Made by a program: the position numbers and the translations under genes. The notes beneath the pieces are model-generated. The model made no database searches. It was given only the letters and a program-made list of their open reading frames with translations, and was not told where the DNA came from. Source: Symbiobacterium sp. (lineage in GTDB: Bacteria > Bacillota > Sulfobacillia > UBA995 > UBA9673). From it: a stretch of DNA of 64,000 nucleotides. How positions within the stretch are numbered: position 1 is the stretch's first letter; the number at the start of each line of letters is the position of its first letter. The DNA is taken from NCBI GenBank assembly GCA_020725405.1, contig DYFB01000037.1, forward strand, positions 8,760-72,759. Direction: 5' to 3'. Positions 29,783 to 41,068 of this stretch are shown here, in pieces.

Positions 29783-30868
29783 ATGGAAGTCTTCGTAGGC
29801 ATGCAGAAGCACGGGTTCGAGCAGGTGGTGTTCTGCTACAATGAGAGCGCGGGGCTGAAGGCCATCATCGCCATCCACGACACCACCCTCGGCCCGGCTC
29901 TCGGTGGTCTCCGGATGTGGCCCTACGCCACCGAGGAGGACGCCGTGTTCGACGTTCTTCGTCTGGCCCGGGGGATGACCTACAAGGCGGCGGCCGCAGG
30001 CCTGAACCTGGGCGGAGGCAAGGCCGTGATCATCGCCGACCCCCGGCGCGACAAGTCCGAGGCCCTCTTCCGGGCCTTCGGACGCTTCGTCCAGTCCCTG
30101 GGCGGGCGCTATATAACGGCCGAGGACGTCGGGACCACCGTCGAGGACATGGACTATATCCACATGGAGACCGACTACGTCACGGGCGTTTCGACGGCCT
30201 ACGGCTCGAGCGGCGATCCGTCTCCGGCGACGGCCTTCGGGGTCTGGCGGGGGATGAAGGCCTGCGCCAAGGAGGCTTTCGGGAGCGAGAGCCTGGCCGG
30301 GAAGCGGGTGGCCATCCAGGGTGTCGGCCACGTCGGCCAGAACCTCGCCCGGCACCTCTATGACGAGGGGGCGAGGCTGGTCGTCTCCGATATCAACGAG
30401 GAGGCGGTCGCCAGGGCCCGGGCCGAGTTCCGGGCCGAGGCGGTCGACCCTGAAGCCATTTACGACGTGGAGTGTGATATATTCTCACCGTGCGCCCTCG
30501 GCGCCGTCCTGAACCCGGAGACCATCCCGCGCCTGAAGACGCGGGTCGTCGCCGGAGCCGCCAACAACCAGCTGCTCAGCGATTCGGACGGCGACACCCT
30601 GCACGAGAGGGGCATTCTCTACGCCCCGGACTACGTGATCAACGCCGGCGGGCTCATCAACGTGGCCGACGAGCTCGAGGGCTACAACCGCGACCGGGCC
30701 TTCAAGAAGATCACCGGCATCTACGCGAACATCGAGAAGGTTATCGGTATCTCGAAGCGCGACCGCATCCCGACCTATCGAGCGGCCGACCGGCTCGCCG
30801 AGGAGCGCATCGGTCTTATCGGACAGCAGAAGCGGATGCACCTGCCCTGCTGCGACGCTCCGGCCTGA
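29783..30868 (+). CDS. bcd: Leucine (branched-chain amino acid) dehydrogenase
   Basis: [63 protein letters not shown]. Confidence 0.92.
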   Translation: MEVFVGMQKHGFEQVVFCYNESAGLKAIIAIHDTTLGPALGGLRMWPYATEEDAVFDVLRLARGMTYKAAAAGLNLGGGKAVIIADPRRDKSEALFRAFGRFVQSLGGRYITAEDVGTTVEDMDYIHMETDYVTGVSTAYGSSGDPSPATAFGVWRGMKACAKEAFGSESLAGKRVAIQGVGHVGQNLARHLYDEGARLVVSDINEEAVARARAEFRAEAVDPEAIYDVECDIFSPCALGAVLNPETIPRLKTRVVAGAANNQLLSDSDGDTLHERGILYAPDYVINAGGLINVADELEGYNRDRAFKKITGIYANIEKVIGISKRDRIPTYRAADRLAEERIGLIGQQKRMHLPCCDAPA

Positions 30869-30979
30869 GGGGCGGCCACGCCGGCCGCCGGCCTGGCCCT
30901 AAACAACAACGATTTACGACCAGGGCCGACCGCCCGGCTCGACCGGACGGCGGCTCGGGTCTTGAAGGGGGACGAAGGC

Positions 30980-31213
30980 TTGAAGGGCCTTGTCTTTTTT
31001 GACGAGGACCGGTGCAAGGGTTGCGGCCTGTGCGTGCCGGTCTGTCCGAAGGACGTCATCCGGATGGCCGACCGGATAAACGTCCGCGGCTATCCGCCCG
31101 CCGAAGCGGTCGAACCCGAACGCTGCACCGGGTGCGGGCTCTGCGCCAGGATGTGCCCTGACACGGTCATCCGGGTCTACCGCCAGACGCCGGCCAGGGC
31201 CGGCAAGGGCTGA
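30980..31213 (+). CDS. 2x[4Fe-4S] ferredoxin-like delta subunit of 2-oxoacid oxidoreductase
   Basis: [12 protein letters not shown] and [12 protein letters not shown]. Confidence 0.9.
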   Translation: MKGLVFFDEDRCKGCGLCVPVCPKDVIRMADRINVRGYPPAEAVEPERCTGCGLCARMCPDTVIRVYRQTPARAGKG

Positions 31214-31227
31214 AGGAGGACGTCATC

Positions 31228-32298
31228 GTGAGCGGCAAGGTCCTGATGAAAGGGAATGAGGCTCTGGCCGAAGCGGCCGTCCGGGCCGGGTGCCGTTTTT
31301 TCTTCGGCTACCCCATAACGCCGCAGAACGAGATCCCCGAGTACATGTCCGGCCGCCTGCCGGAGGTCGGCGGCCAGTTCATCCAGGCCGAGTCCGAGCT
31401 GGCGGCGATAAACATGGTCTACGGGGCCGGAGGGGCTGGGGCCCGGGCGATGACCTCGAGCTCGAGCCCTGGGGTGAGCCTCAAACAGGAGGGCATCTCC
31501 TACATGGCCGCGGCTGAGGTCCCCGGGGTCATCGTCAACATGGTCCGCGGCGGCCCCGGGCTGGGCGGTATCCAGCCGGCCCAGTCCGACTACTTCCAGG
31601 CCACCCGGGGCGGAGGCCACGGGGACTACCGGACGATAGTCTTCGGCCCGGCGACGGTCCAGGAGATGGTCGACGTCGTCGGGAAGGCCTTCGAACTCGC
31701 CGACAAGTACCGGACCCCGGTGGTCATCCTCGGGGACGGCATGTTGGGCCAGATGATGGAGCCGGTGGTCCTGCCCGAGCCGATCGACCCGGCGAGCCTG
31801 CCGCCCAAGGCCTGGGCGACGACCGGGACCGGAGGGCGCCGCCCGCCGGTTGTGATCAACTCTCTCTACCTGGACGCCGCCGAGTGCGAGGCCATGAACC
31901 GGAGGCTCCAGGCCAAGTACAGGGAGATCTGCGCCAGGGAGCAGATGGCCGAGATAGCCTTTCCTGACTCCGAGTATTTCGTCGCGGCCTACGGTACGAC
32001 GGCCAGAATCTGCCGGATGGCCATCCAGGAGGCGAGGGCGCGAGGGCACCGCGTCGGTCTCCTCCGCCCGGTGACCCTCTGGCCCTTCCCGGCCGAGGCC
32101 TTCGAGACGGTCATCGGACGGGCCAAGGGCTTCCTGACGGTTGAGATGAGCCTCGGCCAGATGGTCGAGGACGTCCGGCTGGTCGTGGCCGGCCGGGCGC
32201 CCGTCAGTTTCTACGGACGCACGGGCGGGGTGGTACCGTCAAGCGACGAGATCCTCATCGAAATAGAGAAGATGGTCGAGGGAGGTGGGTCGATGTGA
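31228..32298 (+). CDS. vorB: 2-oxoacid:ferredoxin oxidoreductase alpha subunit (VorB-like, 2-oxoisovalerate type)
   Basis: [54 protein letters not shown]. Confidence 0.88.
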   Translation: MSGKVLMKGNEALAEAAVRAGCRFFFGYPITPQNEIPEYMSGRLPEVGGQFIQAESELAAINMVYGAGGAGARAMTSSSSPGVSLKQEGISYMAAAEVPGVIVNMVRGGPGLGGIQPAQSDYFQATRGGGHGDYRTIVFGPATVQEMVDVVGKAFELADKYRTPVVILGDGMLGQMMEPVVLPEPIDPASLPPKAWATTGTGGRRPPVVINSLYLDAAECEAMNRRLQAKYREICAREQMAEIAFPDSEYFVAAYGTTARICRMAIQEARARGHRVGLLRPVTLWPFPAEAFETVIGRAKGFLTVEMSLGQMVEDVRLVVAGRAPVSFYGRTGGVVPSSDEILIEIEKMVEGGGSM

Positions 32299-33104
32299 CC
32301 AGCCGCGACACGGAGCGTCCCCTGGGGGCCGAGGTGGTCTACGAGCGCCCGAGAGCCCTGGCCGACGTGGTGACCCACTACTGCCCCGGCTGCACGCACG
32401 GTATCGCCCATCGTCTGGTCGCCGAGGTCCTGGACGAGCTCGACGTCGCCGGACGGGCCATCGGGGTGGCCTCGGTCGGCTGCTCCGTGCTGGCCTACAA
32501 GTACTTCAACGTGGACATGCAGCAGGCGGCCCACGGCCGCGCCCCGGCCGTGGCCACGGGAATCAAGCGGGTCCATCCCGAGGCCGTGGTCTTCACCTAC
32601 CAGGGCGACGGTGACCTTGCGGCCATCGGCACGGCCGAGATCATCCACGCCGCCATGCGGGGCGAGAACCTGACGGTGATCTTTATCAACAATGCCATCT
32701 TCGGGATGACCGGCGGCCAGATGGCTCCAACCACCCTTGTCGCCCAGAAGACCACGACGACGCCCCGCGGTCGTGACCCCGCGCGGGCGGGGTACCCCAT
32801 CCGGGTCTGCGAGATGGTCTCCGTCCTGGACGGGGCGGGCTACGTCGCCCGGGCTGCCCTCTCCAGCCCGAGCAACATCGCCCGGGCCAAGAAAGCGGTC
32901 CGCAAGGCCTTCGAGAGCCAGCTCGGCGGCTACGGCCTCGGGCTCGTGGAGCTCCTGTCGAGCTGCAACGTCAACTGGGGGATGAGCCCCGGCGATGCCC
33001 TGAGGTGGATAGAGACCGACATGATCCCCGTCTATCCTCTCGGGGTCTTCAAGGACCGGAGCGAGGCCGGAGCCGAGGCCGCCCGGATGGAGGTGGCCGG
33101 ATGA
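32295..33104 (+). CDS. 2-oxoacid:ferredoxin oxidoreductase beta subunit (TPP-binding)
   Basis: [42 protein letters not shown]. Confidence 0.9.
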   Translation: MTSRDTERPLGAEVVYERPRALADVVTHYCPGCTHGIAHRLVAEVLDELDVAGRAIGVASVGCSVLAYKYFNVDMQQAAHGRAPAVATGIKRVHPEAVVFTYQGDGDLAAIGTAEIIHAAMRGENLTVIFINNAIFGMTGGQMAPTTLVAQKTTTTPRGRDPARAGYPIRVCEMVSVLDGAGYVARAALSSPSNIARAKKAVRKAFESQLGGYGLGLVELLSSCNVNWGMSPGDALRWIETDMIPVYPLGVFKDRSEAGAEAARMEVAG

Positions 33105-33652
33105 GACTCGCGGTCATCATGGCCGGCTTCGGAGGCCAGGGTGTGATGTCCATGGGGCAGCTCCTGGCCTACGCCGGGATGTTCGAAGGGAAGGAGGTCA
33201 CCTGGCTCCCGTCCTACGGCCCGGAGATGCGGGGCGGCACAGCGAACTGCACGGTCATTGTCTCCGATGAGCCGGTGGCCTCGCCCGTCGAGACCAAGCC
33301 GGACGCGTGCATCATCATGAACCGGCCCTCCCTGGACCGCTTCGAAGGGGCGGTCGTGCCAGGCGGTCTTCTGGTCATCAACACCTCGCTCTGCGACAAG
33401 CCGGCCTCGCGGGGCGACCTCCGGGTCGTCGCCCTACCGGCGACCGACCTCGCCGCCGAGCTCGGCGATGTGCGGGTGGCGAACATGGTCGCCTTGGGGG
33501 CATTTCTCGCGGTCGAGCCCGTGGTCCAGGCGGCCTCGGTCGTCGACGCCCTGAAGAAAGCCCTGCCGGCCCACCGGCAGAATCTCATACCCCTGAACGA
33601 ACGGGCTCTGGCTCTTGGGGCCGAGACAGCGCGAGCCCAGCTGACGGCCTGA
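33101..33652 (+). CDS. 2-oxoacid:ferredoxin oxidoreductase gamma subunit
   Basis: AGFGGQG, PSYGPEMRGGTANC, NMVALGA. Confidence 0.92.
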   Translation: MRLAVIMAGFGGQGVMSMGQLLAYAGMFEGKEVTWLPSYGPEMRGGTANCTVIVSDEPVASPVETKPDACIIMNRPSLDRFEGAVVPGGLLVINTSLCDKPASRGDLRVVALPATDLAAELGDVRVANMVALGAFLAVEPVVQAASVVDALKKALPAHRQNLIPLNERALALGAETARAQLTA

Positions 33653-33774
33653 GCCGCCGCCGGGCGGGTGACCGAGGCGGCGACCGCCGGGCCCGGCGGC
33701 GGTGACAGGACGGCCCTCCCCAAGCGGAGGGCCGCTGGGGTGCTGGGACGCCTGAGGAAATCGGAGGGACCCGC

Positions 33775-34545
33775 GTGACTCGCTCCCAACTCATCCTGGT
33801 GGTGGACGACGAGCCGGCCCTGGTGGACGTCGTCACCTACAATTTGAGGCAGGCCGGGTTCGAGACGGTCGTGGCGGGCGACGGTCGCGAGGCCCTGCGG
33901 GCGGCGGAGAACCACCGGCCGGACCTCGTCATCCTAGACCTCATGCTGCCGGAGCTCGACGGCCTGACGGTGTGCCGCGCCCTGCGGGAGAGGGACCCGG
34001 TCCTCCCGGTGATCATGCTGACGGCCCGGGACGGCGAACTCGACCGCGTCCTCGGGCTGGAGACGGGGGCCGACGACTACCTGACCAAGCCGTTCAGCCC
34101 TAGGGAGCTCGTGGCCCGGGTCAGGGCCGTCCTGAGGCGGGCGGCGCGCGAGGGAGCGGGAGCGGGCGCCGGCGACTGCGGAGCGGGGGCCCCGGCTCCC
34201 CGCCCGGCCCAGGCCGACCCCATCGACCTGGGCCGCGGGCTCGTGCTCGACCGGCGGGGTCGCGAGGTGCGCCGGGACGGCCGACCCGTCCTCCTTACTC
34301 CTACGGAGTTCCGGCTCTTGGAGACCCTAGTGGACCATCCGGGCCAGGCCCTCAGCCGGCGGCAGCTCTTCGACCTCGTCTGGGGCGAGCCGGTCTTCGG
34401 GGACGAGCGCACCGTAGACGTACATATTCGGAACCTGCGGGCCAAACTCGAAGCGACACCTTCTGACCCCGAAATCATCGTCACCGTTCGCGGCTACGGC
34501 TATAAGCTGCGGCCTCCGGCCGAGCGGGGGGGTGGTCGGTCGTGA
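33775..34545 (+). CDS. phoP: OmpR-family response regulator (PhoP/PhoB type)
   Basis: VVDDE, LDLMLP, MLTAR, GADDYLTKPF, LTPTEF, RTVDVHIRNLR.KL, TVRG.GY; upstream of pst operon. Confidence 0.85.
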   Translation: MTRSQLILVVDDEPALVDVVTYNLRQAGFETVVAGDGREALRAAENHRPDLVILDLMLPELDGLTVCRALRERDPVLPVIMLTARDGELDRVLGLETGADDYLTKPFSPRELVARVRAVLRRAAREGAGAGAGDCGAGAPAPRPAQADPIDLGRGLVLDRRGREVRRDGRPVLLTPTEFRLLETLVDHPGQALSRRQLFDLVWGEPVFGDERTVDVHIRNLRAKLEATPSDPEIIVTVRGYGYKLRPPAERGGGRS

Positions 34546-36431
34546 GTCCGGCCGAGGCGCCCGCCCCGGCCCGGCGGCCGGCCAGGGGCCTTCTCGTCCG
34601 ACACGGAGCCCGCGTGGCCCTGACCTTCGTCGGCCTCATCCTCCTGGCTCTTCTGGGGCTCGGGGTCTCCCTCTACCACAGCGAGCGTTCGGTCTACATC
34701 GAGCTCCTCGCCGAGAACCTGGCCCGGGCCGCGGCGGTCGCCGGCGAGGAGTTCGGTGAGGCCCGCGACGCCGAGACCCTGGCCATCCTCGTCCGGAAGG
34801 TGGCCGACCTGACCGGAACCCGGGTGACCCTCATCGCCCACTCGGGCCTCGTCCTGGCCGACAGCCAGGCCGACCCCGCCCGGATGGAGAACCACGCGGG
34901 TCGGCCCGAGGTCCGGACGGCGATCCTCGGCGGCAAGGGGGTGGCCATCCGCTCGAGCCCGACCCTCGGGGAGGAGATGCTCTATATCGCCGTCCCGGCC
35001 GGAGACGGGATGGTCGCCCGGCTCGCCGTCCCGATGACCGCCGTCAGGGAGGCCGTCAACCGCCTGCGCTACGCCACACTCCTTCCGCTGGCCGCGGTGG
35101 GCGTCCTCGGCGTGGCTCTGGTCCTCGGGCTGACGAGGCGGATGACCGAACCTCTGCGAGAGATGAGCGGTGTCGCCCGGGAGATGGCCGCCGGCAACCT
35201 TGAAGTCCGCGCTCCGCTCGAGGGGCCGGTGGAGGTCGCGGAGCTCGGTCAGACGCTGAACCTTCTGGCGGCCAACCTCTCCGAGCGCATGGCCGAGGTC
35301 GACGCCTCTCGGGAGAGACTCGAGACCCTCGTCGCCGGGCTTCCGGCCGGGGTCATCGAGATAGACCGGGACTACCGCGTGGTCATGGCCAATCCCGCGG
35401 CCGAGCGCATTCTCGGATTCCGGCTGGACCAGGTTCGGGGCAGGCACTACTCCGCCCTCGTCCGGAGTTACGGCCTCGCCCAGGCGGTTCGGACGGTGTT
35501 CGAACGAGGCCAGAGCCAGAAGCTCGAGGTGGAACTGGGCGAGGACCCCGACCAGGCCGTGCACGTCAGCGTATCGCCCCTCCGCCACCCGTCGGGAGGA
35601 GCCTTTGGGGCGGTGCTCGTCCTCGAGGACCTGGGCCAGACCAGACGGGACGCCCGGATGCGCCGGGACCTCGTGGCCAACGTCTCTCACGAGCTGAAGA
35701 CCCCGGTCGCCTCCATCCGGGCCCTGGCTGAAACCCTGGCCGCCGGCGCCGCGGGGGATCCGGCCGCCTCGACCCGCTTCCTCGCCCATATCCAGCGGGA
35801 GTCCGAGCGCCTGGCCCGCCTGGTCGATGACCTCCTCGAGCTGGCCCGCCTCGAAGCCGAGGAGGTCTCCATGGAGCGCGCGGTCATCGACCCGGTCCGG
35901 CCCGTGGTCAGGGCCGTGGAGCGGTTCGCGCCCCTCATGGAGCGGCGGGGCCTGGCTCTCAGCCTGGAGGTCTGCGGGCGCGAGGTCGGCCCCCCCGGTT
36001 GGAGGGGCTGGTCCGAGGCCGGCGACGCCGACCGGCTCGACTCAGGCCTGCGGGTGGCCGGAGACGAGCGGTACCTTGAACGGGCCGTGGCCAACCTTCT
36101 CGATAACGCCATGAAGTTCACCCCGGAGGGCGGCAGCGTCCGGGTCTCGGTGACCCGCCACGAGGGCGGGAGCCGTGACGAAGGGTCGGGCCGGGTCGAG
36201 ATCGCCGTCACCGACACCGGCCCGGGTCTCAACCCCGAGGTCATCCCGCTTGTCTTCGGTCGGTTCTACCGGGCCGACCCGGGACGGGCGCGACAGGGCG
36301 GGGGCGGCACAGGTCTCGGCCTAGCCATTGTCAAGCACATCGTCCAGCACCACGGCGGGCTGGTCGGAGCCGCCTCCGAAGGGCCCGGCCGGGGTGCCCG
36401 TTTCTGGTTCATCCTCCCCCTCGACGACTAG
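34542..36431 (+). CDS. phoR: PhoR-type sensor histidine kinase (HAMP, PAS, HisKA, HATPase)
   Basis: ANVSHELKTP, NLLDNAMKF, DTGPG, FGRFYR.D..R, GGTGLGLAIVKH. Confidence 0.88.
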   Translation: MSPAEAPAPARRPARGLLVRHGARVALTFVGLILLALLGLGVSLYHSERSVYIELLAENLARAAAVAGEEFGEARDAETLAILVRKVADLTGTRVTLIAHSGLVLADSQADPARMENHAGRPEVRTAILGGKGVAIRSSPTLGEEMLYIAVPAGDGMVARLAVPMTAVREAVNRLRYATLLPLAAVGVLGVALVLGLTRRMTEPLREMSGVAREMAAGNLEVRAPLEGPVEVAELGQTLNLLAANLSERMAEVDASRERLETLVAGLPAGVIEIDRDYRVVMANPAAERILGFRLDQVRGRHYSALVRSYGLAQAVRTVFERGQSQKLEVELGEDPDQAVHVSVSPLRHPSGGAFGAVLVLEDLGQTRRDARMRRDLVANVSHELKTPVASIRALAETLAAGAAGDPAASTRFLAHIQRESERLARLVDDLLELARLEAEEVSMERAVIDPVRPVVRAVERFAPLMERRGLALSLEVCGREVGPPGWRGWSEAGDADRLDSGLRVAGDERYLERAVANLLDNAMKFTPEGGSVRVSVTRHEGGSRDEGSGRVEIAVTDTGPGLNPEVIPLVFGRFYRADPGRARQGGGGTGLGLAIVKHIVQHHGGLVGAASEGPGRGARFWFILPLDD

Positions 36432-36462
36432 GGCAAGAGGTCCTCGGTTTCTCTCGCAACCC

Positions 36463-36516
36463 TTAACACAATCTTCACCATCTGCGCGGTCAATCTTGAG
36501 GCTCGTCCCATAGGAT
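36463..36516 (+). promoter_or_regulatory. Candidate Pho box / pstS promoter
   Basis: TTAACA (36463) and TTCACC (36474) 11 bp apart, CAATCTT repeated at 22-bp spacing, -10-like TAGGAT at 36511. Confidence 0.6.
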
Positions 36517-36608
36517 GAGGGTGGTTGGAAAGCTGGTCCAAGCCGCCGGTCGGACCCGGTTACGCGAGCCGGCCCTGCAGGCGGCGCCAATGGGAGGAGA
36601 GATGTTTA

Positions 36609-37505
36609 GTGAGGAAGGGAAGGAGGAGCGGCAGCACCCCAGCCCGGTTTGCCGTGGCGGCGCTGGTCGTCGCGGTCGCCCTGAGCGGGGCCACCGGCTG
36701 CCGGCGCGAGCCTCCGGTGACCGACGGGCTCAGCGGGACCCTGGTCATCCGGGGTTCGGACACCCTCGTCAACCTGTCGGCGGCCTGGGCGGAGGCCTTC
36801 ATGGAGCTGAACCCGGGTGTCCAGGTCTCTGTGTCCGGAGGTGGTTCCTCGACGGGATTCGCGGCCCTCATCGACGGATCGGGGGACCTCGCCAACGCTT
36901 CGCGCCCCATCAAGAGCTCGGAACGGCAGGCTCTTGAGACCAAAGGCAAGCCCGCGGTTGAGCACGTCGTCGCCCTCGACGCGGTAACGATGATCGTCAA
37001 CCCTTCCAACCCGCTCGAATCATTGACAATGGGTCAGCTCGCCGATATCCTGACCGGCCGGGTGACCAACTGGAGGCAGGTTGGGGGTTCCGACCAGGCC
37101 ATCACGGTCTACAGCCGTGAGACGAGCTCCGGGACCTACGCCTTCGTTCGGGAGCACGTCATGGGCAACGAGGACTACGTCGCCTCGGCCCGCCTGATGC
37201 CGTCGACCGAGTCCGTCCTCCAGGCCGTGGCTCAGGACCGGGGCGGCCTGGGCTACATCGGGATGGGCTACCTCACGCCGGCCGTCAAGGCCCTCAAGCT
37301 CGCTCCCACGGCCGACGCGACGCCGGTCGAGGCCACGGAGGAGAACGCCGTCTCCGGAGCGTATCCCCTGGCCCGCCCGCTGTACGTCTACTCCGCAGGC
37401 GAGCCCGGCGAGATAGCCCGAGCCTTCATCGAGTTTGCGACGAGCGAGGCCGGGAGGCGGATAGCGGTGGAGATGGGCTTCGTGCCTCCGCCGGAGGGTG
37501 GCTAG
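36609..37505 (+). CDS. pstS: Phosphate ABC transporter substrate-binding lipoprotein
   Basis: Lipobox ATGC, GSDT, GGGSSTG..ALIDG, ASR, RETSSGT, YPLARPLY. Confidence 0.93.
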   Translation: MRKGRRSGSTPARFAVAALVVAVALSGATGCRREPPVTDGLSGTLVIRGSDTLVNLSAAWAEAFMELNPGVQVSVSGGGSSTGFAALIDGSGDLANASRPIKSSERQALETKGKPAVEHVVALDAVTMIVNPSNPLESLTMGQLADILTGRVTNWRQVGGSDQAITVYSRETSSGTYAFVREHVMGNEDYVASARLMPSTESVLQAVAQDRGGLGYIGMGYLTPAVKALKLAPTADATPVEATEENAVSGAYPLARPLYVYSAGEPGEIARAFIEFATSEAGRRIAVEMGFVPPPEGG

Positions 37506-37508
37506 ACC

Positions 37509-38417
37509 GTGAACCGGCGACCCCGAGCGGCCGGACCGCTGCGGCCGAGACTACGGGGTAGCGAGGGCCGCCAGGCCGAGCTGGTCCTGGCGGGCCTCGC
37601 CTCGTTCTCGCTGCTGGTCCTCGGCCTCATCTTCCTCTTTCTCCTCAGGGAGTCGCTGCCGCTCTTCAAGCACTATCCGCTCCCGGCCTTCCTGACCGGG
37701 ACCGAGTGGCAGCCGACTTCCACGAACGTACGCTTCGGCCTCATCCCGCTCTTCACCGGGACGGTCGTGGTGACCTTCGGCGCCGCCGTCATCAGCGTTC
37801 CTCTCGCCCTGGGCGTGGCCCTCTTCGTCTCGGAGGTGGCCCCGCGGCGGGTGCGCGAGCTCCTCAAGCCGTGCCTCGAGCTCCTTGCGGCCATCCCGTC
37901 GGTGGTCTACGGTTTCATCGGACTCCTCGTCCTCTCCGATTGGATAAAGGGCGCTTTCGGTCTGGATTCGGGTCTGTGCGCCCTGAACGGCTCAATCCTT
38001 CTCGCGGTTATGGCCCTCCCGACGATGGTGACCCTCAGTGAGGACGCCCTCCGGGCCGTCCCCGAGTCCTACCGGCACGCGTCGCTGGCCATGGGCGCGA
38101 GCCGCTGGGAGACCATGGTCCACGTGACCCTCCCGTCGGCGCGGTCGGGCATCCTGGCCGCCATGATGCTCGGTCTGGGCCGCGTCATCGGCGAGACGAT
38201 GACCGTTCTCATGGTTACGGGCAACGCAGCCCACATCAGTTTCTCGCTCCTCGACTCGGTCCGGACCATGACGGCCACCATCGCGGCGGAGATGGCCGAG
38301 TGTCCCTGGGGCACCCCCCACTATCACGCGCTCTTCGCCGTCGGGACGACGCTCTTCCTGATGACCTTCGCGGTCAACGCCGCCGCCGACGTCCTCCTCC
38401 GGAAGGAGGTGCGGTGA
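37509..38417 (+). CDS. pstC: Phosphate ABC transporter permease
   Basis: ELLAAIPSVVYGF, ALGA.RWET, GRVIGETM.V.MV.GN. Confidence 0.95.
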   Translation: MNRRPRAAGPLRPRLRGSEGRQAELVLAGLASFSLLVLGLIFLFLLRESLPLFKHYPLPAFLTGTEWQPTSTNVRFGLIPLFTGTVVVTFGAAVISVPLALGVALFVSEVAPRRVRELLKPCLELLAAIPSVVYGFIGLLVLSDWIKGAFGLDSGLCALNGSILLAVMALPTMVTLSEDALRAVPESYRHASLAMGASRWETMVHVTLPSARSGILAAMMLGLGRVIGETMTVLMVTGNAAHISFSLLDSVRTMTATIAAEMAECPWGTPHYHALFAVGTTLFLMTFAVNAAADVLLRKEVR

Positions 38418-39415
38418 CGTTGCGATCTCCGTCCATCGCCGGAAGACGGGGAGGAGACGGACCCGGGCCGGGCGGGTGGACCGCCCGGGGTCGACGGGCG
38501 CCACCGGTCCTCCGACCGGGGCACGGGCCCGGCAGGCCCTCGCAGGACGGCCTCGCCGCGGTTAAGAGGTGGCGCCAGCGGGCGGCCTTCGCCGTCCTGG
38601 GTGCGCTCACCCTGCTCGTGCTTGCGCCGCTCGCTCTCATTGTCGCCTATCTCGTCGTCGGGGGCCTGCCGGCCATCAGCTGGGAATTCCTCACCCGCGG
38701 TCCGAGCAACATGATGCGCTCAGGGGGCATCTTCCCGGCCATCGCCGGGACCTTCCTCCTGGTCACGGGAGCTTCGCTGGTTGCGGTGCCCCTGGGGGTG
38801 GCCGCCGGGCTCTACCTCTCCGAGTACGCCCGGCCGACCCTGTTCACCCGGCTCGTGCGCCTGGCGGTAGTCAACCTGGCGGGGGTGCCCTCCGTCGTCT
38901 ACGGCCTCTTCGGGCTCAGCCTGTTCGTTGTCTTCCTCAGGATGGGCGTCTCGGTCATGGCCGGAAGCCTGACCCTGGGCCTTCTCGTCCTACCTGTGGT
39001 CATCTCCTCCACGGAGGAGGCCGCGCGCAACGTGCCGCAAAGCCACCGGCACGCGAGCCTGGCGCTCGGGGCGACGCGCTGGAGCACGGTCCGGCATGTG
39101 GTCATCCCCGGCGCGGCCCCCGGCATCCTGACCGGGATCATCCTGGCCGTGTCGCGTTCGGCCGGGGAGACGGCCCCGATCATGTTCACGGCGGCGGCGT
39201 TCTTCCTGCCGCGCCTGCCCGGCTCTCCCTTCGATCCGGTCATGGCCCTGCCCTACCATCTCTACGTCCTGTCAACCGAGGTCGCCCGGGCCGACCCGAC
39301 CCTGCGGTTGGGCACGGCCCTGGTGCTCCTCACCCTGGTCTTGCTGTCGAACCTTCTGGCCATCGTGCTTCGCGCCAGGATGAGAGCCAGGTACGGAGGG
39401 GGAGACGAAACGTGA
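38414..39415 (+). CDS. pstA: Phosphate ABC transporter permease
   Basis: [41 protein letters not shown]. Confidence 0.95.
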   Translation: MTLRSPSIAGRRGGDGPGPGGWTARGRRAPPVLRPGHGPGRPSQDGLAAVKRWRQRAAFAVLGALTLLVLAPLALIVAYLVVGGLPAISWEFLTRGPSNMMRSGGIFPAIAGTFLLVTGASLVAVPLGVAAGLYLSEYARPTLFTRLVRLAVVNLAGVPSVVYGLFGLSLFVVFLRMGVSVMAGSLTLGLLVLPVVISSTEEAARNVPQSHRHASLALGATRWSTVRHVVIPGAAPGILTGIILAVSRSAGETAPIMFTAAAFFLPRLPGSPFDPVMALPYHLYVLSTEVARADPTLRLGTALVLLTLVLLSNLLAIVLRARMRARYGGGDET

Positions 39416-40335
39416 GCGCCCCTATCAGGTTGTCGACTGCGGTCCGGTCTTCTGCGGCTCGGGTCGGGCCGGGCGCCGACGAGGCGCGCGGACCGGTGGG
39501 CGCGCGGGGCGAGGCGACCCGTGGGCCGGGTCCTTCCGTCCGGCTGACCTCGAAGGACGGGGCCGCACGGGCCGCCGATTCCCCGCCCAAGGTCCGCACC
39601 GAGGGCCTCAGCGTCTGGTACGGCCCGATGCAGGCCATCAAGGACGTGACGATGGACTTCCAGGCCAGCCGGGTGACCGCTCTTATCGGCCCGTCCGGGT
39701 GCGGGAAGTCGACCTTCCTGCGGGCCCTGAACCGGATGAACGAGGTCCTCCCGGGCGCCCGGACCGGCGGCCGGGTCCTTCTCGACGGTCGGGACATCTA
39801 CGGCGGCGGGGTGGACCCGGTCGAGGTCAGGCGGAGGGTGGGGATGGTCTTCCAGAAACCCAACCCGTTCCCGTTCTCGGTCTTCGACAACGTGGCCTAC
39901 GGCCCGCGCCGGCACGGGGTCACCTCAAGGAGCGAGCTCTTCGCCATCGTCGAGCGGAGCCTGAAGGAGGCCGCCCTCTGGGACGAGGTGAGCGACCGCC
40001 TGCGCGCCCCGGCCTTCCACCTCTCGGGTGGTCAGCAGCAGCGGCTGTGCATCGCCCGGGCCCTGGCCATGCGCCCGGAGGTCATCCTCATGGACGAGCC
40101 GGCTTCGGCCCTCGACCCGGTGGCCACGGGACGCATCGAGGACCTCATCGCCGAACTGAAGAAGTCCTACACCATCGTCATCGTGACCCACAACATGCAG
40201 CAGGCGGCCAGGGTCTCCGAGAAGACAGGCTTCTTCCTTCATGGGGAGCTCGTCGAGTACGGGTCGACGGAAGACATGTTCACCAGGCCCAGGGACCCCC
40301 GGACGGAAGCCTACATCACGGGGCGTTTCGGCTGA
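39412..40335 (+). CDS. pstB: Phosphate ABC transporter ATPase
   Basis: [55 protein letters not shown]. Confidence 0.97.
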   Translation: MSAPIRLSTAVRSSAARVGPGADEARGPVGARGEATRGPGPSVRLTSKDGAARAADSPPKVRTEGLSVWYGPMQAIKDVTMDFQASRVTALIGPSGCGKSTFLRALNRMNEVLPGARTGGRVLLDGRDIYGGGVDPVEVRRRVGMVFQKPNPFPFSVFDNVAYGPRRHGVTSRSELFAIVERSLKEAALWDEVSDRLRAPAFHLSGGQQQRLCIARALAMRPEVILMDEPASALDPVATGRIEDLIAELKKSYTIVIVTHNMQQAARVSEKTGFFLHGELVEYGSTEDMFTRPRDPRTEAYITGRFG

Positions 40336-40355
40336 GCCCGGGTGGAGGTGTGACC

Positions 40356-41033
40356 ATGGACAGGAGCTCGACCGGCCGGACCCGGGGCTCCTTTGAGACG
40401 CAGCTCGGAGAGCTGCGCGAGGACCTCCTCAAGATGGGGGCCCTGGTCAAGGAGTCCGTGCACCGCTCGGTGAAGGCCCTGAAGGACCAGGACATCGAGC
40501 TGGCCCAGTCCATCGTGGAGGGCGACGAGACGGTGGACGCCCTCGAGCACGAGATAGAGCACAAGTGCCTGATGCTCCTCGCCCTGCAGCAGCCCATGGC
40601 GGTTGACCTCCGCTTCATCGGCACGGCCCTCAAGGCCGTGACCGACCTCGAGAGGATGGCCGACCACGCCACGGACATCGCCAAGATAGCCCTGCGGATA
40701 GGGCATGAGCCCCACATCAAGCCCCTCGTGGACATCCCGCGGATGGCCGCTTTGGTGGAGAAGATGCTCGATGACGGGCTGCGGGCCTTCATCGCCCGCG
40801 ACGCCGAGGCCGCCGTGGAGGTGGCCGGCCGCGACGACGAGGTCGACCACCTCTACGGGCAGGTCTACCGCGAGCTGCTTACCTACATGCTCGAGGACCC
40901 GCGCACCATCCGGCAGGCGACCCATCTCCTGTTCGCCGCCCAGCACCTCGAAAGGATCGGCGACCACGTGACGAACCTCTCGGAATGGGTACTCTACCTC
41001 GTCAGGGGCGAGCTGAGAGACCTCAACCCCTGA
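40356..41033 (+). CDS. phoU: Phosphate signalling protein PhoU
   Basis: QQPMAVDLR, DLERMADHA, DDEVD.LY, LERIGDH.TN..EW. Confidence 0.96.
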   Translation: MDRSSTGRTRGSFETQLGELREDLLKMGALVKESVHRSVKALKDQDIELAQSIVEGDETVDALEHEIEHKCLMLLALQQPMAVDLRFIGTALKAVTDLERMADHATDIAKIALRIGHEPHIKPLVDIPRMAALVEKMLDDGLRAFIARDAEAAVEVAGRDDEVDHLYGQVYRELLTYMLEDPRTIRQATHLLFAAQHLERIGDHVTNLSEWVLYLVRGELRDLNP

Positions 41034-41068
41034 CCTGGAGACGCCGACTGAAAGGGAGTGAAGGCGGC

